Position numbers and translations under genes: made by a program | Assembly: GCA_964247055.1 (NCBI GenBank) | Contig: OZ176051.1 | Location: forward strand, 12,090,001 to 12,154,000 | Source: Paragordius varius | Lineage: Eukaryota > Animalia > Nematomorpha | Direction of reading: 5' to 3' | Length of the DNA: 64,000 bases | Notes under the pieces: model-generated | The model's input: only the letters and a program-made list of their open reading frames with translations | The model's database searches: none | What the model was told of the DNA's origin: nothing | Shown here: one piece after another, positions 13,701 through 26,779 of the stretch | Layout of the letters: every line of letters starts with the position of its first letter | Position numbering within the stretch: the stretch's first letter is position 1

Positions 13701-16700
13701 GTAAAACTTAGATCTTCGAACCCGGTCGAAAAAAATGAAAGGAAAACCGAGCTGATTACCAAGAATTTAAAAATAGAACCCAAAGTGGTTCTTGAGACTT
13801 GAAACCGAATCCGGTATCAATTCACAAAGCCCTAGAGAAAATTATCAAAAAATTTTACTTTTCTCAATTAAACTAATCTATATTCTACCTTTAAAAACGG
13901 TAATAGAGCAGGGATCCCAAGCGCCGAAGCGACAACAGCAAAAGCACGAGCCGTCGTATTCCTAACATATTCATCCACGTTATCAATGTCCGGTCTCATA
14001 ACGCTAATCATGGTGGCTAAGCCAGCGGCCTTGGCTAAATTCGAAATGATTTCACGGCCTTCAACGCGGGCATAATAATCTTCATCGATAAGCAGTGGTT
14101 CAATCACAACCAAAATCTAGATATAGAGTGTATGTAGTTGAAAAATTTAAAAAAAATTATTTTCATATAATTTTCACTCATTAATTTACAGTGTAATGTT
14201 CGTTTTATCTTTCAAAAATTCAACAATTGTTAATATATCAAACAATTATTTTTTAAATTTTCCATTTTTTTGATTGATATATTCTAATTTCTATCATAAA
14301 ATTATCAAGAAAATAACAATTTACATCATTTTTTAATAAGACTGCGCAAAAATTGGTTTACATAATTTAATTAAAAAAAGTTTGACACTGTAGCATACAA
14401 ATTTATAGATATAATCAACGCCAAATAAAAAGCCCTAATAATGTAAATTAATGTCAAAAAAAAACCCAGAAAATAATCATACTTAAATAAGTATTTTACC
14501 TTGTGTACAAATGGTCGAACCAAGTCATCCAGCTTGTACAGGATGCGATCAATAACTTTCACTAGTAAATGTCTTTCCTGGTCCTCCAACGTAGGTGACA
14601 TAAGTAAGGGAAGGATTTGATTAAACAGGGGGCCAGCTCCAAGTTCCCTTGCTTTATCTGTTATTTGACGTAGAGCGCTCTACGGCAAGAAATAATAGAA
14701 ATTTTAAATAAATATCATAATAAATTTTGTGCACATATATAATATGGTCTAAAAACTTTACCCAAAAATAATGATACATGCGACTTTATTGAATCAAAAT
14801 AGGATTAAAATTTTAATATACAGTTTAATGAAATATTAATTTATAGTTGTTTAATATACAGTTTAATGAGTATTAATTTATGGTTGTTTTGTTGTTTCCG
14901 AGCAAATAATACTAAATAGAAAGCAATTATAAAACGGTATTCATATATATGGAAGTATATTTGGTTACAGACTAATATTTAATTAATTGCAAAATAAACA
15001 TCCAATAAAATATATGTTATAATAAATTAACGCAATAACCATAAGAATTTTACATCTTTGATGGAAAAAAAGGAATCATATTGAAAACAAAATGCTAATT
15101 ATAACAAGTTTTAATGTGATAAAAACGATTTTGAGATTAAACAAAACAAAACTTTTCGCATAGGCGGTGTCCCATTCTTAATTTTTAGGAGGAATTTCAT
15201 AATTTTTCGTTCTTTGGCTTCTTCGGGGTTCAGGGCTTCCTCATCCACGTCTTGCAGCAGTTTATCAAAATATTGACTATCCTCCGGTTTTAATTGCGGT
15301 AAAGTATCATCTAAAACAGGTCAATACATAGATACTATTTACAGTTCAAAATCACTGTTGAACGATTCAAATTCACCCTCGAAAAATTCAACACCCTAAA
15401 ATTATATGTTTTTAAGATTAGAAACTACTTACATTTTTTTATATTTTTAAAAATGAAATTTTGCTAAAAATTAATGTTATACTGAAAAACTAATTAACTA
15501 TGCCATAAAGATATATTACATACATATAATAAGTTATATCAGCCTAAAAACCTATAAATTATTTTTGGGGTGAATTTAAATTCAAGGGTAAATTTGAATC
15601 GTTTAAGGGTGAACTTGAATTGTAAATGGTATATATATATATATATATAACTGAGTAATTGGCATCTATGCTAATGTTATAAAAACTAAGGTTTAAAGAG
15701 TATGATGTATAGCTGTTTTTTGTTAAAAATATTTGTCTTTTAGTTCATACGTTTTTTGACGTCTTTATAATTTCAATTTTAACTACTCGTAAAGAGATAA
15801 TATAATTTTCAACTTGTAGAAATGAGTTGTTTATGGTAATAAAATATTTATAACGTACATACCTTTTGGTTGTAAGTCAGGTACGGCTCCACCTGATCCT
15901 GCCATACTTTTCCGATCAGGAGTAGCCTATAAAACATATAAAAGAATTTTTGTATTGTATTAATTGTGAAAAAGTGTAAAACCACTATATAAGGAGAAAA
16001 AATTACACAAAACAAAAACTTAAATTTTACAAAGTACACATATAAAGTATGGGGGCGAGCTTAATACGTATTTTGTAATTAGGATGATGTAATTTATTTT
16101 TAGAATAAATTGGACTGCACTGTCCCAATTATTATAAATTCCAACCTTTATTAGTCAACATCATAACATAAAAAGTAAAACTAATCGAAAAAAATGATAT
16201 TCTCAAGTTAGTTAATCTATTTCAACCATAAAAAAATTTACAAAATTAAACCATATTATGAGTAACAGACAAACCTGCACTACTACTCAAATATTTCCAA
16301 TTTTAACCGTATATCCTAAAAATTAACCATATTATTAATTTCAACAATAATTTTGCCAGAAAATTTTTTATCGTTAGTTAAGATAAACCTGCATGAAAAA
16401 AGTGTTGGCTCCCCCAGGCGCTCCAAGGCCACCCATAGGCGTAGGAGTTCCCATAAGTTTTCGCACAGGCGTCCTAAGAGGGACATAACCTTGAGGGGGT
16501 GGTAGCACTCTATAACCTGGAGGCAGTAAGGCATCCAACTCTTCATCGGTCACGGGGCGATTGCGTTCATCCATTTCTTTTTCCCAGCGATACGCTTGAA
16601 CTTGCTCGGGCGTCATGGACATTAAATGACCTAAGCACATATATTGGACTACTGTATGGAGAGAACACAATAATTAAACCGTATAGGGGATAGACGACAT

Positions 16701-19700
16701 ATAAATTTATAAATATGCAAGATGTGATGGTAAAAAATTAAGATTGGAACCAATCTACTTTAATATTTCATCTATTTTCCCTTTTGCATGTCTAGTTAAA
16801 ATAAAATAAATTAATCTATTTTCCAACAAAAGACTATGAACTACAATATCAAAAACCTGGGGTAGGAGTGGCTAAACCCATAGCCTTGGCGCCTATTGGA
16901 GTGATTCCCGAGGGCGTGATTCCCCCCATCATGCCTTGTGGCGTGGCCCCCATGATGCCTGTAGGTGTGCCGGGAACACCGCCAAGCATGGAGGGCGTTA
17001 CCATGCCAACCTGAGGCGTTGCCCCTAGCAACGGAGTAGCGACCGACGGTGTTTCATCCCAACGAGACCTACGTTTACTGCTAGCTTGAGTGGGCGTGGG
17101 AGCCGTTGCTCCAGGGGTCGTCGACCCGGCTGCTAAAGCTGTTGGAGTAGCCTGTCATTGAATATGAATATAGCAAAATGTATTGTAAATCTATGGTTTT
17201 ATACTAGCTCGGTGCTAATTATTTACCTTTAATTTTTCATCATAGATATCACTCTCCGTCATACGATCGGTTCTAGGGGTTTCGGCCCAACCTGCTCCAA
17301 TTTTGTGTCCTGGTGTCTCTACAAAAAAATAAATCGAATTCTAATCAGAAATTCAAATTTTAATCGACAAATTTAAAAAAGGCAATTTAAAATTATAAAT
17401 TATAATATTAATTAATTTAAATAATGACTGACCTCCACGTTCTGTTCTAGGCGTTTCGTCCCATCTGTTTCTTCGGACACTCGGGGTGCCAGCTGTTCTG
17501 CCTGGCGTGGCGCTTCCCAAATCAGCTGTTCCGCCTCCAGGAGTGTGGGAAGGCGTGATAGCACCCCCTGGTGTAACAGCCCCCATACCGACATGACCTA
17601 TTATAACATATTTATTCTCAATTAGGATCATAAAAGTATAAATATTTGCTCTGTAGCAATTTTGTTTTCCCATATAATAGGATTAGGGATACCTTATTTA
17701 AGTTATAATATATATATATATATTATTGCTAGTTTTCATTTATATTTCTAAATGGCATCTACACTCGAGTGCAATAATTTTTGCTAAAAAATAGTCATAT
17801 AGGTATTTCATAAATGCGCGGTTAACCAAATATCTATTCCAAAAATATTATCTTACCCAATAAGACTTCGCTTTTTTAAAATGCTATTTAGCAATATTTT
17901 CTGATATACTTCTATATATTTTACTATATACTTCAAAATTAGATAAAATATATGGATAAAAAGGGTTTTTGTAATCAATGCCAAATGTTAAACTTGGTGT
18001 TTCGGCCCATTCAAATTCCATCATTTGACGTGTCATTTCGCCCGAAGGCGTATCCAAAAGAGTGCGACCAGGTGTGGCTGCATTCAACATTTCACGTCCC
18101 GGGGTCGGGGCAACTGCCTTACTCCTCGGTGTCATTTTTATCAATTGGGCTTGCTGGGATTAAAAAATGTAGACAATTTTAAATTATTCTAAATATTTTT
18201 ATAACATCTTCTATTAATAAAATATTATTACAATAAAACACTAATTATAATATATATGAGGATAATCATAGTAAAAAGGAAAAAATATAGACTTATGCAA
18301 AAACTACATGATAATCATTTGTTTTAATCTATTTATCATCTTTAAACGTAACCATTTTTTATTACTACATAAGTCCATATTCATTCGACCAAGATAGTTC
18401 AAAACAAAAGCAAAAAAGGGTGTGTGGTGTGTCTTTAAAAATAATTGGAAACTAACAAACTAAATTAAATGTAAATTTTTACCAAAACACAGAGTTAAAA
18501 AAGTCTGGCATAATACAAAAAGATATTATAATCAAAAACCTTTTGTATGGTAACCGAGTCTGCAGTGAGTGATTTAGGCGTTTCAACTGAGGTATTGTCA
18601 TTGCCTGTAATTTGGTCCCAACGTTGTTTTCGTTTTTGAACATTGAGAAGCGCTTTAGTTGGATCGAGTTCACCACTCTTAACTTTTTCATTGATTTGTT
18701 GGGCGTATGCGGCCTATTTATTCAGACATACATAAAAAAGGGGGTGCATAAATAAAAGGGAAGGTAAAATAATTGATGTAGTTTTCTTTAGCTGCGATAG
18801 AAATTATTTTAAAAAAAAATGTAAATTAAAAAGAAGGATTATCAATTATTTAATTGGTTTATAAAAAATTCAAAGCATAAAATTAATTGGTATAATGGTG
18901 TGTGTTTTAAATAAATAGTTTGTTTATCGTTTTTTAAAATACTGTAAAATTTTCTATTTAAAAAAACATAAAAATTATTAAAAACCCAAATTTTATACTA
19001 TTTAAATTTCATTTTTTCCATATAATTCAAGATTGGTTAGCTTGTATAAAATTGGCCTTTAAAAAATTGGCTTTTGTCCAAAAATAAAAACTAATAATCA
19101 AATTATTAATACTTATGCTATAAGAAAAATAATATATTTTCAAGTTAATTACTTCGGTTTTATCCATTTTTTGTTGTTTCATAACTTCAACAAAAGTTCG
19201 AGCATCAACATCGGGTGTTTTCCCTCCTATAAAAACAACAAAAACTTTAAATTATAAAAAATCATAAATCAGATCAAAAAAATTTAATCGTATTTATATT
19301 TACAAAAATAAATTTAAAATTTTGATAACTAGGTTAATTAAAGTGTAACCTTAATGTTTTCATATATATACACAAGCATTATTTATATAATAGCTATATT
19401 TAGGAAATGTATATCTTAAACTAAAATAAACATAAATTAAATTTTTGAAATGAAAAATTATTGAAATAATTAAACCGTATACCATCAGCAAAAGGATCAA
19501 ACCGAGACGGACTTAGTACTAATTTGCGCCTCCTTTGCTTATATTCGTCTTCTCTATCGATAATTTTAGCTGTGCGGTGCTCGGCAAACGGATCAAAATC
19601 CTAAATTTATCAAAAAAAAGAATATAAGTAAAATAAATGCCAAAAAAATATGGAAAATCGACAGTGTATATAAGCTTATTTTATTTATGATAATCAAGGT

Positions 19701-20666
19701 CTGTTATAATAATGATATTTAAAATAATTAACTAGCCCATATATTTTTGTTAAATTGAACTAAGTAATATTTATTCAATTTTTACATTTGATTTAAAAAA
19801 ATTAAAAAATTTTTTATTAAATATTGGTTTGTTTTTTCAATCCTTTTAATTATATATATTTAACCTTCTCTGGGCCAAGCGTATTATGGAACATGGTAGT
19901 GCTTGAACCATTCATATTGCCTGGATAATCATCGTCCTAAACAGAATGCAAAATAAATAAAAATAGTAACGATAAATCTAATCCCAAAAATAGGTTTTAA
20001 GATTTTCGATTGATTTTTATATCAATAATTAAAAAGTATATTATATATAGGTAAGTAGTGTCTTTGTGAAGGATGATCATTTTACTTTTCCCATGGTATT
20101 GTAATTTTTTCAGCAGAAGATAGGATTATAGATAGATGTAACACTTTCAAATCATACATAACATAACAATCTATAGTATAGGTGTAAAAAACTATTAAAC
20201 TATTTTATTTATACACACACAAGTTAACATTCCCCTTTAAAGGGAAACAAACTCGGCACTCATGATTAGGATATGCGTGTGTTGTGTGATAAGATGAAAA
20301 GCTAAATTTAAAAAAATGGCATAAGAAAGGGAAATATATTATGACAAAATAAGTTTATAAAACATGATCGGTTTGCAATGAAAACAAAATTTGTACCTCT
20401 ACATCATCCTCAGGAGCTGCAGGTATAGAAGTAACATATCCTTCATATTTTCCTTTCGAACTTTGTTCATAAATATCTTGATCAAAATAAGCTTGATCCG
20501 TGCTCAAAGCTACTCTTTCTTCCTCAACATAGGTTTGAATACCGGCCTTTTTGGCTTGTATTTTGCGTATTTGTTCTTCAATTTCTATGAATAATATTAT
20601 AAATATAATTATAAATTAAAAAATTATAATAAAAAAATTAAAACCTTCATGCGATGATGCGGCCAT
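6985..20666 (-). CDS. SF3B1: Splicing factor 3B subunit 1 (SF3b155/Hsh155), U2 snRNP HEAT-repeat protein, about 1394 aa
   Basis: 27 phase-consistent exons on the minus strand: 20666-20645, 20584-20397, 19936-19865, 19600-19483, 19226-19153, 18713-18555 (or 18540), 18153-17994, 17597-17433, 17318-17227, 17151-16857, 16630-16389, 15926-15863, 15310-15153, 14679-14500, 14116-13889, 13170-13041, 12777-12632, 11995-11849, 11634-11454, 10945-10779, 10338-10156, 9841-9663, 9347-9162, 8903-8779, 8502-8355, 7788-7572, 7143-6985 (TAA). The translation has RWDETP ULMs, the p14-binding region ([12 protein letters not shown]), and HEAT repeats nearly identical to human ([58 protein letters not shown]). 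Confidence 0.99.
7959..8174. mobile_element. hAT (Charlie-like) MITE (family D) in SF3B1 intron 25
   Basis: TIRs CAAGGATGTCCG / TGGACATCCCTG, degenerate 8-bp TSD ccttacta/ctttagta, and internal GCGGCCCG repeats shared with other family D copies. Confidence 0.75.
10677..10729. repeat. (TA)n microsatellite
   Basis: Pure TA run in SF3B1 intron 20. Confidence 0.95.
15335..15629. mobile_element. Foldback-type element (family F1) in SF3B1 intron 12
   Basis: TA|CTATTTACAGTTCAAA…TTGAATTGTAAATGG|TA termini. Both arms are made of 21-bp ttcaaattcacccttgaacaa-type units. Confidence 0.75.
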
Positions 20667-20721
20667 TGATAGACAAACCAACAAAAGTTAAAATAAAATG
20701 TAAAATACTTTTTCCATTTGA

Positions 20722-21053
20722 CACTTGGATACAACACATTAATTTTAGTCCTTCAAATCAAATTGGGGGAGTAAATACCCCTGGCCTGTTTTAATTTTTT
20801 AAAAAAAATAGAAGGAATCGAGACCATGACAAAATTTTGCATTTATAATACATTAATAAACCAAAATATATAAAAAATTATCCAAAAATACTTGATAGTA
20901 CTTATCTAAAACTGAAAGGTAAAAATTAGTCAACGTGGCATGTGTGGAATGATAAAATTGAAAAATAATACATAATAAACGGCTTTTTTATTTCTATAGA
21001 TGTTTGATGTAATTTAAATTAAAAATCTGCTTTAATTTTCCCCTTAACACTTG
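20722..21053. mobile_element. Truncated piggyBac-like TTAA MITE (family B)
   Basis: Starts TTGA|CACTTGGATACAAC and aligns with the first ~330 bp of the copy at 37364-37928. It ends at a TTAA where the next copy begins. Confidence 0.75.
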
Positions 21054-21057
21054 CAAC

Positions 21058-21571
21058 ACATTCATTTAAGTATTTCGATTGAAATTGGGTTAGGATAGCC
21101 CAGGCCTGTTTAAAATCAAATATTGAATGAAAAGCCATAGCAAAAATTTGCACATTTATATTATTAAGAAACTGAAATATATAATAAAGTTAATTCAAAA
21201 AACTTGATATTACCTATATAAAAGAAACCTCAAGGTAAAAATGTCAACGTGACATGAGTGCCTTAGCTAAATTAAAAAATAATAAAAAATAAACCACTTT
21301 TTCTGTTTATAATAGATGTGATTTAAATAAAAATAGCTTTAATTTTAGCTATAAAATTAAATAAACACAAAATTTACAAAAATGTTGCAAAATAAAAATG
21401 CGAAGGAACTATTTTTTCAAAATTAATTTTTGTTTAAATATTTCGGCTTATTTATATTATTTTCAGCGGAATAGAAGCATAAATTTAAATAGGGTTTGTT
21501 TCTTAGTAGTTATTTTATTCAAACTTAAATATAGTCTGGGGTGTTTGAATACCCCAATTTAAATCGCAGTG
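21058..21571. mobile_element. piggyBac-like TTAA MITE (family B)
   Basis: TTAA|CACTTG…CAGTG|TTAA termini. Conserved internal blocks: cccaggcctgtttaaaat, gtcaacgtgacatg, aataaaccactttttct. Confidence 0.8.
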
Positions 21572-21575
21572 TTAA

Positions 21576-22050
21576 AGTCGTTAAAACTTTACTTTTTTAC
21601 TTTGGTGTCATAGTTTGCACTTTGAGTAGTTTTGTAAGCTAACTACAGTTTCAAAAAAAAATTAAATATTATTATCACATTCGTTTATTTGTTAAAAATA
21701 GCTTGTATTTTTAGTTTTGTGACTTCTAAAATCTAAAATTGGGACACTTCCAAAACACGATTAAAACAAACAGGTGATATCAATGATCAAAATTTCAATT
21801 TTTACTGGTAAAATGTTGTCTGATAAGTTAATTATTTTCATTTTTAACAATAATATACATACATTTGCCTTTTGCATTAGTCACTAAAAATTATAGAAAA
21901 AAATTCATAAAAAAGCTGACCATTTAATCGATTTTACATCCAATAAATAAATTTTTTTCGCGTTATGCTTCTAGGCTATAGAATGCATATTTATTTATTG
22001 AAATTTCAAATCGCTCTGTCCTCTAAAACTACCCTAACGGTAATGAAGTG
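21576..22050. mobile_element. piggyBac-like TTAA MITE (family C, reversed)
   Basis: Right end is GGTAATGAAGTG|TTAA. The interior (ttttgtgacttctaaaatctaaaa…ccaaaacacgatt) is the reverse complement of 3700-3790. The left end abuts the TTAA of the preceding family B copy. Confidence 0.65.
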
Positions 22051-22467
22051 TTAAACCTTTGTAACTTATGGCTAAAATTAATAATTATTTATATATTCAC
22101 TACAACCCTAAATTTCAGGATATTTTACGTGTTATTTACTTTAGTTATATACAAAAATTATTGTACATATTCCGTACACAAAATCCGGTGCATAATAGTA
22201 TAATGATATGTACATTCTTATAAAATAAAAGTATTAAAATTCGGTGCTTGCTCCTACGTGTATTATAAGAATAAAATTTACACTTTGTGTCATTGCATAT
22301 CAAAAAAATCCCAAAATTTTCGCTTTTGAAAATCATGTTAAAATAAATTATTAATAATCATATCTATATTCAAAACTTTCTGGCCTTATACTATTTTGTC
22401 GGAGTTGCTTAATTATATTTATATCCTAGAGCTCAATCTTGTTATTTTAGTTAAAAATTGATATTAA

Positions 22468-22847
22468 CACTTCATGACCGTTTGGGAAGTTTATAAGATT
22501 TATTATTATTTTAAAGATATTTAAGGTATTAAGCTGTATTTAAAAATATTCTTTCTTTAGCCTTTAATGCGCACTATTAAAACAATTTTTTAATAATTTT
22601 TAAAAACTCTTTATCTCAAACTTTTCCACCGTCAATTTTTTCTTAATTTTTAAATCGTTAATGCTACAGGTAAATAAATGTATATTGTTACAAAACTTTA
22701 AAAAGTTTTCAGGCTATTATTGAACAGCAAAAACTTGATTAATTTGGTTTTTAATATAAGTTGTTCGTTTCATTACAAATTTGAGGTCTGTAATATAAAA
22801 CCTCCAAATATGTCAACGAGGCAAAAAGGTGAAAAGGCCATGAAGTG
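22468..22847. mobile_element. piggyBac-like TTAA MITE (family C)
   Basis: TTAA|CACTTCATGACC…GGCCATGAAGTG|TTAA: 12-bp TIR with one mismatch and a perfect TTAA TSD. Confidence 0.8.
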
Positions 22848-22922
22848 TTAAATCGTTTTGATTAAGGCCTTATATACTTTTTAAAATACATTTTACGAGA
22901 TCTAAGTTCATTGATGTCTTAA

Positions 22923-23422
22923 CAATTCGAATTGAGGAATCTAAATACCCTTGACTATATCTAATTTTATGTTTTCAAAAACTACATAAAGAAACCCAAT
23001 TAAATTTATGATTCTTTCCCAAAAAAAGTCCATATCAAATTACATCGACGCCATTTTTATTTTACAACATTTTTGTAAAATATCGTGTTTATTTAATTTT
23101 ATAGCTAAAATCAAAGCTAATTTTTAATTTAAATCACATCTAATTTTTTAAACAGAAAAAGTGGTTTATTTATTATTATTTTTTTAATTTAGCTAAGGCA
23201 TATATGTATGTTGACTAATTTTTTACCTAAGGTTTCCTTAAAATAGGTATTATCAAGTTTTTTGAATAAACTATTTTATATATTTCGGTTTATCAATGGT
23301 ATATGAGTGCAAATTTGGTTTCAATTCATTCCATATTTTTTGAATTATTTAATTTTAAACAGGTCTGGGGTATCCAACTACCCCAATTTGAATTGAAGGA
23401 CTGAAGGTGTTGTATCCAAGTG
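22923..23422. mobile_element. piggyBac-like TTAA MITE (family B, reversed)
   Basis: Right end is GTATCCAAGTG|TTAA. The interior is the reverse complement of the family B consensus. The left end is degenerate but also TTAA-flanked. Confidence 0.75.
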
Positions 23423-23489
23423 TTAAACAAATTTTCAGAATAATTCTATCTCAATTTTGGCAATAAACTAGCAAAAATTAGTATAATAA

Positions 23490-23585
23490 ATTGTTGTTTT
23501 TATACTCTCATCTTATGTTTACAATATAATAAATTGTTAATGCCCATATATATTACGAATGCGGCCCGCGAAATCATTTGTGTTT
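23490..23585. mobile_element. Fragment of family D hAT MITE
   Basis: aatgcccatatat…aatgcggcccgcgaaatcatttgtg matches the right part of family D. Termini are missing. Confidence 0.45.
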
Positions 23586-26500
23586 CTATTCATATAGCCT
23601 CATACGTCTGAAAAAATGCTAAATATATTTTTTGCACTTAATTTGCGTTAATTTTGCAGAATGGACTTAAGCTTAGAGGCTAATCAAAAAACCGGGTCAA
23701 GTTATAAACTACGCATAAGGGAAATATATTCAGGATTATTTCATATATATGTGTTATTCAATTATCGCTTTATAAAATAGTGTGACTTTCTTTTACATGG
23801 GGTGGTAACATAGGATTTCAATTAAAAATATCCGCTTATCACAGCATTCATATATGAATCATTTTAGCTGTTCATGTTTTTCTTGTATATTTTTGAAAAA
23901 ATCTCTGGGGGAACCCTTTAATTATCATAATAAAAAATATATAAAACTATCAACATTGTAATATTCCAGACCAAATTAATTGTTATTCATATGAAATATT
24001 TATTAAACTATCAACTGTTTTAATATTCTACGTTGGTAATGTTGATAAAAGTTATTTATAATTATCACAAACTTTAAGGCTGGAAACATTGCTACTAAAT
24101 TATAATTAGTAAAGAATATTTAAATATTTTATATTTTCTAGCAGCTTGTTAGTGTTAATAATTAATCAAGAAACTATATAATAACTAGTGGTGGCCAACA
24201 CATATTACTTGCCGGGCCAGCTTTCCAACACAAAACATCGGCTGTTAAAAAAAAACTCAATAAACAATAGTGTTTAAAAAAATCAATTTAATAAATCATA
24301 CATGCCCTAAAACATTTATTTGACCCCTTATAGTAGAATTAATGGTATTTTTAAAACTAAACACGCAAAAAATATAGTTTAAAGTAAATTACCAAGATAA
24401 AATAAAATAGATTTGTGCTAATTATAAAAATTTTAATTTATTCGGTTGTTTCCGCATGTTAAAAAACCCTGATCTAAGCATATTTGAAAAATATATTTTA
24501 AATTTTTGCATTTTTGTGGTCTTATGTTATCATACAAACTAGCTTTGATATTTGGGTAAGCTTGTGACCATTGCAAATGTATGGGTGAAAATAACATTTA
24601 CATGAAAAAACTTAAATTTTTACTACAACAATAATTGTTTGTGAAATCCAATCTAGATCCTATTTTGAGAATAAATCATAGATATTTTAAGAGAGATTAT
24701 TAAAAATTTTGATTTTTGAGTAGGAAGTATAATATCAACTTGAGACACTTTCAACCGTATTCAAGGATAGTAGGCTTTCCATATTTGGCAAAAAATTTAT
24801 TGTACATTTTCTGAATGTTTCACAAATAATATTCCGTTTATTAAGCGGTTGTTTAAAAAGTTTACTTAACTTACCTCAAAAATGGCCACTAAGAAATAAT
24901 ATTTGATGAGACAGGATGATATGAATAAGTAGGGCGTCAGACTCATTCAATCTGCATGTGAATTTATAAGAATACTAACCCATGGTACTCACTATCAGCC
25001 CTAGGCAGTCTAGGATTAGACTTTCATAAATTCTTCCTTAAAATATCTAAATTAGGGGTCCATCAATAAATAGGAAATAGATAGATATTAATGAAAGTTT
25101 TATTATTTTTAAAAAAACTGTGAGTGAGAAAATTTTACAACTAATAATTTTACCAATTTTTTTTGTTTGTTAAAGTCTTATACAGATAATTTGTTTTAAG
25201 AATAACAATTTTATTGAGAATTTGACAAAATTTTGCAAATTATGGAATTTCATTTTATTTAGTTTTCAAAAATTTTCCGCTCATCTCATGTAAGGCACCC
25301 CTAAAGTAGTAATTACTCTAGAAATAGCCAAAAAATAAGCTAAATAAATATTCTTTAAAATTTTTATATAGGTATCATTTGTCTGAATTTTACTCATTTT
25401 CTTCATTCCTATTTCACTGTATCTATCCTATTTGTGTAGAAAATATAGTAAAAATATAACCAATAATTTAATACATTTTAAATATTCAATTTTATCCATG
25501 TATTATAGATGGAAATTTTAATCCAAAAACGATGCGCTTAAAATTTTTATAAAAAAAGAAGCCTTAAAAGTATGTTTCAAAGACACGATCGCGACATTTG
25601 TTGCACATAAGTACACACATGGCCAAGTAAGCATGAATGAAAAATTGTTATTAAACATAAAAAAACTTAAAAAAATGGGACGCTAAAAATCGATTGTTAG
25701 TCAGAGAACACACTTTAGCTTGGCTTCCCGAAACTATTATATTTTTTAGTGTGTCGAAATAAAACATAATATTTTATACCATCATCCAAAAACAACTGTC
25801 TCCGCGTGCTAATATTTTTAGATAATTTTATTCACACTTTAAATATTTGTAGATATATCTTTTAATATAGCATTAAGTTGGGCACGTGTCTAAACTAATA
25901 ACATATAGTTCAGAGGTACAGTAATAGTATTAATATATCGACTAAATCAACCAGGTTTTGAATTGTAGTATATAAAAAGAAACATTGTTTATTAATAATA
26001 TAACGCATTGAATAATAATTATATTCTACAATTATTTTATAATAATGAAAATATTAATGGAAAATAATTTGTAATATAACTAACTAACTTACTTAATAGG
26101 ACGTTGAACGCTATTATTATATAAAAATTTTATATAGTACATTTTTATGTGACACATGTCCCCTTTTTCAACAACAATATAATAAATATACATTATATAA
26201 GGCAAAGTGTTGTAATAAAATGAAATTATATAGAGATATATACATAGGCACATATGTTAGGATTAATGATAAAAAAATTTCAAATCTACTAAAAACAATA
26301 CTTAATTCAAAAAAATTGGTCATTTTTTGATTGTGTCCATATTATCTCCAATTCATATTTGTCTTCTTTCTCAGTATATATACATATATGGAAAAAAAGT
26401 AAAAATCGATTTTGCAAACGTCCCAAATATATAAGAAGACCAAACTTACCCATTGTTTTTTATGTTTTATAACCATAAAATACCCTAGAATTTAGATCAG

Positions 26501-26779
26501 ATTGCAACGTCTCCCTGACATACCAAGTCACATATAATATCTTTCCTCTTACTATTATGTTGGACATGTATATCTCTATAAATTATTTCATTTGATAACA
26601 CTTCGCATCATCATACTATTAAAATCTATGTTGTTGTTCATTTCCCAATGATTTAATTCAATTTAGGGGAATTTATTAAAAAAAGGAGGAATCAACAAAT
26701 TTATTATACCGTTTCATTAATAATATAATGTTAACGAATTGATATTCAATTATACTATTCTTACTACTATTGCTTTCAA

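Noticed and set aside
8355-14116. Possible substitutions at SF3B1 cancer hotspots or the branch-point/pladienolide pocket that might explain odd splicing
   Set aside because: The residues equivalent to E622, R625, H662, K666, K700, K1071, R1074, R1075, V1078, V1110, F1153 and Y1157 are all unchanged in my translation.
14812-14888. Local ~38-bp tandem duplication in an SF3B1 intron (also a ~25-bp one near 51233-51283)
   Set aside because: It is ordinary slippage-type duplication in AT-rich non-coding DNA.
18369-18432. Candidate 64-nt frameshifting (poison) exon in SF3B1 intron 6
   Set aside because: It has an AG with a pyrimidine tract and a downstream GT, but such pairs are common by chance when donors are this degenerate. 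There is no independent support.
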